A DNA stretch of 42,901 nucleotides, taken from the NCBI RefSeq assembly GCF_001194135.2, contig NC_068993.1, positions 1,793,747 to 1,836,647 on the forward strand. Reading direction: 5' to 3'. The notes beneath the pieces are model-generated. The model was given only the letters and a program-made list of their open reading frames with translations. It had not been told where the DNA came from and ran no database searches. Positions 34,350 through 42,901 of this stretch are shown one piece after another; within the stretch, counting starts at the first letter, position 1, and each line of letters opens with the position of its first letter. This DNA comes from Octopus bimaculoides (lineage: Eukaryota). Both the position numbers and the translations under genes were made by a program.

Positions 34350-36045
34350 TTTTATATGCATAAAAATCAAGCCTTCACCGAATAAAAACTCTGATTTCGA
34401 CAAAGGGACCCACATTTCAAGAAATTATCAAAAGTACAAAACAATTTTCCATGGTGAGAATTTGAACTAGCAACTAACGAATTGTTGTAAGAATCTATTA
34501 CATCACAATCTATTATATAAAACGTTTCATCTATTTTAGACTTCAAGCATTGCATACTCAGCATATTTTTACAGGTAGCAAAAAAGCAAAAATAAAGTCA
34601 GTAATAAATGGTAATATTAAATAAAAATGTAATGTAGATACAAGGAATGTTAATGCGAAGATAATGATATTATTTTATAGGAAATGAGTGTTTTCTGTGA
34701 ATGATCAGCGAACGTTCTGCATGGCAAAAATATCAAAGAACAGAAAAGAAAGTACATAAAGCAAAGCTAAACGTGTTCTTTGTTTTAAGAAGTGATATTG
34801 TCTTTTAAAAGGAACTCATTACAGAGCATAGCATATCAGAGAATAGAAGATGCTGTTAGATCTGTAATATAATACGGAGAGAAGATTATAATGATAACTA
34901 CAACTACTACGACAATAACTACATCTCGTTGCAAATAATTCTATTCAGAGAGAAAGAGAAAATTGGCAGGAAGTTTAGAGAGAAAAAAAAAAACCCGCAA
35001 AAGAATAAAGAAAACAGAAGCATCTAATGTTGTAATTGAAGAAATAATGTGTCAGGTCAGTGTGTTAGTTTACTGGTGATGTTGTTAATGTGTTTTATGT
35101 GTATTTGTGAGGTCATGTTAATAATCACAGCGAAACAAACGGCATAGAAATGTATTACAGATAATGCGATGCTTGGTAACTGTGCGAGTCATAATTCAGT
35201 GTTTGTTGATGAGGGAATTTCCTTAATTGATATTGTCGAACTATATTAAAGGTGTTTATTTCGTTGTCATTACTGAGATTTGAAACCATCATTTCAAATA
35301 TTGACACTAAACACGGCAAATCTTTCTCACCACCTTTCTATGATTTCTTAATGATAACAGATGCACCTATACCCATCTATCTATCTATAAGTACAAGTGC
35401 CGAGTCTTGCATTTCATAATTTTCGAGATTTTCCCCGAGTGTATTTGCGGCTTGTTCGTATTGCCAGTTTGAATGACATAAATGGCGAAACTCTCGTTCT
35501 CAAAAAAAACAAAAAAAACAAAACAAAAACAATGTTGGACAATTGAGAACCAGAAAACCAGAAAAAAAGCCTCACAGCGTTCAGAGATGTCTCGGTTGTC
35601 GACACACTGGACTGGACTCTATTATGCTATTCTTATCAAAACGAAAACAGGCTGACTCAAAGCAGACTTGGGATTCTCTAGATAATGGCATATTCCCACA
35701 ATCTTGATTAGAAAATCAAGGTCAAGCGATGGGGCCAAACAATGATCCGGGACTCTTCAGAGGTGAAACAACGAACCAATGCCAAAACATTTATGGCCGA
35801 ATATATCACATGTGCCTGCTCGTAGTAGACGGAATGATGCGCACTTCGACCCTCTTGTTCATAATTAGTGCAACTATATAAGTAGTGCCTTAATATTAGA
35901 CAAAGGCAATGTATCAATAGAGTTGCTATTGTTCTGATTCTCTACACTGTGACTTCAAACCTTAGCAAGGTCAGATTTACCTTTCATCTATTCGGCGTCC
36001 ATGATGAACCAATGTAGCGTCCCTGGACAAGAATCAAGAATACTT

Positions 36046-36076
36046 GGTCGCAGTCTAATGACTGAAACAAGTAAAA
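36046..36076 (+). mobile_element. Extreme 3' end of the SINE family seen at 19705-19810
   Basis: 29/31 identity to 19758-19788; runs into (TA)n and an N-gap (36101-36376). Confidence 0.75.
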
Positions 36077-36376
36077 AATTTTATATATATATATATATAT
36101 NNNNNNNNNNNNNNNNNNNNNNNNNNNNNNNNNNNNNNNNNNNNNNNNNNNNNNNNNNNNNNNNNNNNNNNNNNNNNNNNNNNNNNNNNNNNNNNNNNNN
36201 NNNNNNNNNNNNNNNNNNNNNNNNNNNNNNNNNNNNNNNNNNNNNNNNNNNNNNNNNNNNNNNNNNNNNNNNNNNNNNNNNNNNNNNNNNNNNNNNNNNN
36301 NNNNNNNNNNNNNNNNNNNNNNNNNNNNNNNNNNNNNNNNNNNNNNNNNNNNNNNNNNNNNNNNNNNNNNNNNNNN

Positions 36377-36417
<41 letters not shown>

Positions 36418-37645
36418 TATATATATGTGTGTGTGCACGTGTGTATGTATGTATCATGATAGAAATTGTAGTCATATGAATAGTTTGGAAGTAACGCACT
36501 AAACCAGTAGCGCACTAAATTATTTACAATATATCTTATATCTTTATTGGAATAATGTAACCATTCCTGAAGTAATTACATGAAATGATTCCTTAAGAGA
36601 ATAAACTTTTGCTTATTACTTTAAAAGAATAAGTTTTATATGTATATTTCTATAATATTAACTATATTTGTACTTCTCCATGTTTATTTAATATAAACTT
36701 ACATTAGTAAGGTTTAGTTCGAAGGAAATATAAGAAATATTAAAAGAAAATATGACATTTTCTATGATGAATTCTCCACTCTAAAACTGAATAAACTAAT
36801 TTTGGAATTTACTATGGAGAAAACAGGTGCTTTGTAACTAAATATTTGCCATAAATTGTCTCTTTCTATAGATTTCATTGCAAAACAAAAATTAATGGAT
36901 TCGTCTCGAATAATATTTAATTTCATTTCAAAGTGAACTCCATATTGCTGTCTTCAACTTTTGCTTTCCAAATTAATTGTTTTTGTTTTTGAAGCAATAA
37001 ATTTGAAAAATTTCATTTGTAAACTTACATTCGTTTTAAATAGACTGCAGCATCATAACATTATCGCATTCCTGCATTTTGATGCACACACACACATGCA
37101 TCATCATAAAACTGCATGCATATACAGACAATGTGTGCGACGTTGATATAAACACATTTATACATACACACATATCTATATGAGCGTGTGCATATGTGAG
37201 CATGTGTGGATGGATATTTGTGCGTGTAGGGATATGTAGATATATATGTGTGCGTGTGGAAGTGTGTGTGTTTTCCTATGTATACGGCAACATGTAAAAA
37301 TTAAGCTTGCGCATGTGAGATATTTTCCAGTACATTTAGAATGAAATTAACAGCCCTAAACAGCAATCACTTCTCTTGCACACATACATATATATATAGA
37401 GAGAGGCATATACATATTTCGGCTGTATATGGGTGTTTGTGTGTTTCAGTGTATATACATACATTTATATAAACCTACTATATTATATATACACTTTATT
37501 AAAAAGCAGCAAAAATATCACAAAAACTGTTACTCAGATTTTCACGTTCTCGTTCGTCGGACCGGGAACGTGAAACTCCGAGTAACAGTTTTTGTGATAT
37601 TTCTGCTGCTTTTTAATAAAGCACATACACACACACACACACATA

Positions 37646-37800
37646 CGACGGGCTTCTTTCAGTTTCTGTCTATCATATCCACTCAGAAGGCTTTGGTCTC
37701 CTCGAGGCTATAGTAATAGACTCTTCCAAAACGCCGTGCATTGTGACTGAACCCAAAACCACGCGGTTGGAAAGCAAGATTCTTGCCACAGAGCCACGCA
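37646..37800 (-). mobile_element. tRNA-derived SINE, probably of the octopus CORE-type family
   Basis: Minus-strand A-box-like TGGCTCTGTGG (37796-37786) and B-box-like GGTTCAGTCAC (37753-37743), then ..ctatagcctcgagg..ccaaagcctt..gaaactgaaagaagcccgtcg ending in a (TG)n tail. The family name is from recollection. Confidence 0.75.
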
Positions 37801-38599
37801 TTGTGGATATTAGACGCTCGCCAGTTGTGTTCTACGATATTATTTGTCATTCCCGCTTTAATGAACGAATCACATATACTGTTACCACGTGATACTATTG
37901 TTAAATGGCAATGTGCGAGATTTATACAAATTAAATCAGAATAAATTCAGCATGAGAGAATATAATTATAGATTAGTAGCTCGGAATCCACAGATTAACT
38001 AATTTACTGCTTATAATTGATTCTTTTGAAAGATGGATTAAGATTTCTAAGTCAACAACTCGTTTTAATTTATTTACAATGAAATACAAAATGTTACGAG
38101 AAGTAGAGTGATGTGATACAGAACATTTTCAGTTATTCCTAAACTAAAAGTGTAAATTAGTTTAATTCTATTCGACTCTGAAATATTGGTTGCATTTTGT
38201 AACCATTTGTCTTGGAGAGAATGAATTTTCCTTGGATGGAATTATCTTGGAAAATAAATATATCATTGCCTGGCGATGAAAAGACAGCAAATTGTTATCT
38301 CAGTGAAGTGTTTGGCCATACTGCTATATATTGATCCATATTTCTTCATTAGAAAGATTCCTACATTGGCATCATGTAGTGTTGTCTATTACAGTAAACT
38401 CGACGGATAAAGTTAAGTAAATACAGCAGAGAATATAGAGCAAATTTCAGAAATTAAAGATCAAAACAGGATATCTATTTTCCTGATTTCAATTTTACAA
38501 CATAAATTATTCCAATATCAAATATTTATTTGGAGAGAAGAGTCAATCATTGAAGAATGTTTACAAATAATTTTGAAATTGGGAAAAGTTCAAACAATT

Positions 38600-38865
38600 T
38601 CATATGTATCGTATATCACACACTCACACACACATTACATACACACATAACATATGCACATGTACACACACACACATATATACATATTTTGATGTATATG
38701 CATGTGTATATGTATGTGCATGTGCATATATATGTGAACATGTTATATATATACATATCTATACATATGCCTACCTACCTACCTACCTACCTACCTACCT
38801 ACCTATCTACCTATCTACATACATACATACATACATACATACATACATACACATACATATATACT
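38600..38865. repeat. CA/TA low-complexity tract ending in (CCTA)n then (CATA)n
   Basis: Direct reading. Confidence 0.85.
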
Positions 38866-39644
38866 TATGGGTATCAAACGAATTTTAGATCCAAAATGTC
38901 AGAAACCTCGGCAACGTTCCGTATAAAAAAACTTATCTGCAAACTGAAGAGCTCCACCCTTATATACTTACCCGACATAAATCACCAATTTCATCGAACT
39001 CTTTCGCTTTTTACATTTTCCTCAGCGCTCATAGAGCAGGACTAGGGTTAAATGCACTGCAGCCCTAACCATGTTGCCTTCTATTCAGACACAGTGTATT
39101 GTGAAGTAGGGGCGGGGGGCGGGGGAGATTTCGCTGTTGTTTGTGTAGCAGATCGAATTACCGTATTGTATTGACTTGGATTTTGTTTCAATTGTTGTTG
39201 GAGTAATTTTGACATGTAACAATTTTGTAAACTTGGCATTTGATGTTATATAACCTTGACATTTTTTACTATGCGACCTTGAAATTTGCTGTCTTTTAAC
39301 CTTGCTATGTAAGGTTTTATTCCCATCTATTATGAACTTTATATTGTGAATAACTACAATATAGTGTTTGCATATACAGAATATTATAGGAATCTAAGTT
39401 TGGGTTTTTTGGAAAATGTTATTTGTGTTTAAGGATCCATTACAATCTTGTTCGTGTTTATTTTCAGATTTTGTCTCTTGTTAAGTTTTGATATTCGTTT
39501 TATTAGCTATAGAATCAATGCTGTAGAGTGATATTAATCGTAACAGAAATTAAATTTGCAATTCTAAGATTCTGCGACCAATTTCATTGCCAACGAACCA
39601 CCCTATTTCTGCCTCCATAAAGAATTATACTGTTGGCATCTAGA

Positions 39645-40027
39645 ATGTCGGAGCTTGCTGAGCAACTTGAATTAAAGTTTGATGTGAATGACATAGAAGA
39701 ATTAATGTGACGAGGAAGTATTATAGAGTGAAGACCTTATTGAATTAGGAACAGTCAATGTCAGAGAGGTCATTCAAACTAAGGCAATTGAAGAACAAGA
39801 AAAATAGTTACAATGGTTCTTCATAAAAGAGATGACACTTGTTCTTCATGAGAATCCATTAACAATGATATGTTTGGGAGATGATGGATGCTAATGTCAC
39901 CCTTTTCTTGTAAAATTCTTCACAAACGGTTGGTGATATGCAAGCTTGTTATTGAGTGGTATGCAAAGAGAAAGAAAAGACCAGTGTCCAGTTAACTTTC
40001 AATAGGTTTGTCAGAGAAATGAAATAG
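39645..40027 (+). mobile_element. Decayed C-terminal part of a Tigger/pogo-family DNA transposase
   Basis: Joined across two frameshifts and several stops: MSELAEQLELKFDVNDIEELM/DEEVL*SEDLIELG..KEMTLVLHE../EMMDANVTLFL*..VGDMQACY*VVCKEKEKTSVQLTFNRFVREMK*. This matches the Tigger C-terminal pattern LE.EVD..DIEELL..EEL..EELIEL..F..KE..MDPN..RF.KV..CY..IY.EKKK..QTSLDRFF (recalled). Confidence 0.7.
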
Positions 40028-40249
40028 CTTGCATATTCCAACTCTTCATGTCATACTAACTTCCTGCAAATATCAGCCACTTTTTCTCTCACCTAGCAAC
40101 TAATTTCTTCATCAGACAAACGAAAGAAAGAAAAAAAAAATTCACCAACTTTCTTTGAATCAACGGTTAAAGAAGACAACAATAAAATCATTTATCTTTG
40201 GTTCTCTATTTTAAAACGTCTATATAGTGTATGAATGTCGCCTTTTCTC

Positions 40250-40509
40250 TCTCTCTTTGTATATACATACATACATACAAACATACATACATATATATAT
40301 ATATATGTATATATATATGTGTATATATGTATATGTATATGTATATGCATGCCGATATATATGTATATATATATATGTATATATGTGTATATATGTATAT
40401 ATATGTATATATATATGTATATATATGTATGTATATATATATATATATGTATATGTATATGTATATATGTATGTATGTATATATGCATGTATATATGTAT
40501 GTATATATG

Positions 40510-40555
<46 letters not shown>
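40250..40555. repeat. TA/TATG compound microsatellite
   Basis: Direct reading. Confidence 0.9.
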
Positions 40556-40557
<2 letters not shown>

Positions 40558-41407
40558 CACTCCCACAACCTTTGTCCTGTAGTCTTTGGTGTTGCCCATA
40601 TTCAAGTTTTTATTTTCATCATTATAATTATGACACTCCCTGTTTTCACTTTTTTGTGACTCTCCGTTCATCTCACAACTATCATCTACTTCAGCCATAT
40701 TTCACGTAAACACGATGCTTTCCTTGAGGACAGAAAACTGTTTTATATTTAGCTGTGTACAATTATATTTAACACGCATATACAATTATATTATACACTT
40801 GGACATGGAAAAGCTATCACCACGGAAATTTTCTCGGGAGAGATAATTTTCCTTATGAATTACATGTGCCACTGAGCTATGAATAACTGGACCGTAGGAC
40901 ACGTGTTTGTGAGTCGTTACGCTTCATCAACTACGAACACCAAGTCTCTCGATCACAGCCCACTTAATTTTTGTTTTTATTCTCCATGTCTTTTAGCTAT
41001 CTTTTTTTTAGTTCCTCTTCATTCGTTTCTAAATACTTTTGTAGTCCAATAGTAGATATTTCATAATTATTTCCGACTCTTTCTGGGAATGTAACATTTC
41101 TATCTGTTGTTGGATGGTTTATTCTAAATGTGTTCTAAAAGCAGCCATTCTGCTTTCTGGTTTTCCTGTCTAGTCCAGTTCATTTACTTAATGTCAAACG
41201 GCGAATATAATGCAGCTAGAAATTATTACCACAACAGCTAGTCTTTCCATGTTTGCTCACTTTTCTTGCATCTGGCTTTCTTTTAATATTTAATCTTATG
41301 TTTGCAAACTTTTCTTCTGTTTGGGTCAGTTGTACTCTGTCGAGTTCATTTGCTCTCCGCTATATGTTAGTTTAAGTTTGGACAATTCTCATACATCTAA
41401 TTCTTTA

Positions 41408-41530
41408 TCGTCATCATCATCATCATCATCATCATCAAAAACATCAATTTCTGCACCGACATTATCAACCACAACAAGCACAGCAACGACAACGACGCTA
41501 ACAACAACGATGACAACAACAACAACAACA
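41408..41530. repeat. (CAT)n and (CAA)n-rich repeats
   Basis: Direct reading. Confidence 0.85.
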
Positions 41531-41697
41531 ACTATAGATATAGCTGTAAGAATGTCAAAAAAGAATAATTAATTACTAAGAGAATCATGCAAAAGTGATT
41601 CTCTTTTTTGTGTCTTTCGTTGTTCGAAAGAATAGTTCATGTTCCATGTACTCGTGCTTCGTACTTTTTGTTGTACGTGACGTCCTGTGCCCACATA

Positions 41698-41737
<40 letters not shown>

Positions 41738-42859
41738 NNNNNNNNNNNNNNNNNNNNNNNNNNNNNNNNNNNNNNNNNNNNNNNNNNNNNNNNNNNNNNN
41801 NNNNNNNNNNNNNNNNNNNNNNNNNNNNNNNNNNNNNNNNNNNNNNNNNNNNNNNNNNNNNNNNNNNNNNNNNNNNNNNNNNNNNNNNNNNNNNNNNNNN
41901 NNNNNNNNNNNNNNNNNNNNNNNNNNNNNNNNNNNNNNNNNNNNNNNNNNNNNNNNNNNNNNNNNNNNNNNNNNNNNNNNNNNNNNNNNNNNNNNNNNNN
42001 NNNNNNNNNNNNNNNNNNNNNNNNNNNNNNNNNNNNNNNNNNNNNNNNNNNNNNNNNNNNNNNNNNNNNNNNNNNNNNNNNNNNNNNNNNNNNNNNNNNN
42101 NNNNNNNNNNNNNNNNNNNNNNNNNNNNNNNNNNNNNNNNNNNNNNNNNNNNNNNNNNNNNNNNNNNNNNNNNNNNNNNNNNNNNNNNNNNNNNNNNNNN
42201 NNNNNNNNNNNAATCAAACCAAGAATTCTTTTCCCTTAACTCATAAAATGGAAAATACTGATTCGAACATTAACATATTTTCTTAGCTGTGACTTGCAAA
42301 AATCTATGTTTATTAATAAAAACGGAAATAAAAATTAAAGCAAAAAATCCAAAATGAAGAGAGATTTTTTTTTATTGCAAGAAATTTGTTGTGCGAAGAA
42401 TTTTCGTGAAATATTACCGAATGGTTCCAGAAAATAGAAATAAAACAGCAAATAAAAAATCAAAAAAGAGACAAAAAATGATTAAAGTTCTATAAAAAAT
42501 AATCTATGGCAATATTGCAAAAAATTGGTCTGACTTATTTTAGCATCTTGCTCTTTTAGAGCCGACGTGAACGAAAATAGGAAGAAAATGTCAATGTAAG
42601 AAGGAAGTGAGAAGAAATCAAATGGCAGATTGTAACTATCCTGTCATTACAGTCTTATGTCATTCGAAGATTATGATTTGATCTCCTCTTTTAGATTCTT
42701 TCATCTTTCATCTGAAGTGATTATTTCATTGGTACAAGGCATTTGTCGAAGCGAAGCTGGTGTGAGATGGGAGAGAGAAAGAAAGAAAGAAAGATGGTGA
42801 GTATGTATGTGACTATATATGTGCATGTGTGTGGGTGTGATAAAAATAAAGAAAGAGCG

Positions 42860-42901
42860 AGAGAAAGTGAGTGAGTGAGAGAGAGAGAGAGAGAGAGAGA
42901 G
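42860..42901. repeat. (GA)n running off the window end
   Basis: Direct reading. Confidence 0.9.

Noticed and set aside
35400-35990. GC-richer segment with partially open frames
   Set aside because: Multiple stops, no recognisable domain and no convincing splice sites.
38950-38960. Other CTGANGA heptamers (9205, 9625, 9754, 22447, 29067, 31545 minus, 38950, 39026 minus and others)
   Set aside because: Checked as hammerhead cores; none has a helix II followed by GAAA and a cleavage triplet.
40975-41300. Possible N-terminal region of an R4-type ORF on the minus strand (MNWTRQENQK.., EIIMKYLLLDYKSI*KRM)
   Set aside because: The resemblance to the R4 N-terminal KWT..EN..IM.CY..GYRKRM motif needs several frameshifts and is too weak to call without a profile search.
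3179-42286. Dozens of ORFs made of YI, CV, HT, poly-N/H/V/L/S/F or X runs
   Set aside because: They are translations of microsatellites or of N-gaps (3310-3425, 3864-3982, 12228-12801, 17212-17360, 19481-19490, 21883-21892, 23736-23961, 26024-26176, about 30064-30162, 32210-32267, 36101-36376, 41738-42211). No coding signal.

Overview
AT-rich, microsatellite-saturated eukaryotic genomic DNA with 13 N-gaps. The SINE families and repeat density point to an octopus (coleoid cephalopod) draft assembly; this is inference from recalled repeat families, not a database result. I can support no intact protein-coding gene, and nearly all ORFs in the track are translations of simple repeats or N runs. 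Recognisable content: (1) one exon-like block encoding an inter-alpha-trypsin-inhibitor heavy-chain (ITIH) C-terminal domain at about 33906-34349 (+), with an in-frame TGA and GDAH in place of the GDPH self-cleavage motif; (2) three fragments of R4/Dong-type RLE non-LTR retrotransposons (6043-6653 -, 14722-15009 -, 29485-29717 +), two of them abutting (AAT)n tracts on their sense-strand 5' side; (3) an orphan LTR with a tRNA-Ser(GCU) primer-binding site (9221-9495 +); (4) a Tigger/pogo transposase C-terminal relic (39645-40027 +); (5) several tRNA-derived SINE copies; (6) mini- and microsatellites. The most interesting signal is a type I hammerhead-ribozyme motif on the minus strand at 15009-14963. 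It has the full core, a GUC cleavage triplet, a palindromic helix III and a 7-bp helix I partly supplied by the flanking (AAT)n, but a weak helix II. It is fused through about 60 nt of non-coding sequence to the last 46 codons and 3' UTR of an R4/Dong-like element, which suggests a short, ribozyme-bearing, microsatellite-associated non-autonomous retroelement. Weaker decayed hammerhead-like cores lie at 27582-27557 (-) and 32599-32622 (+).
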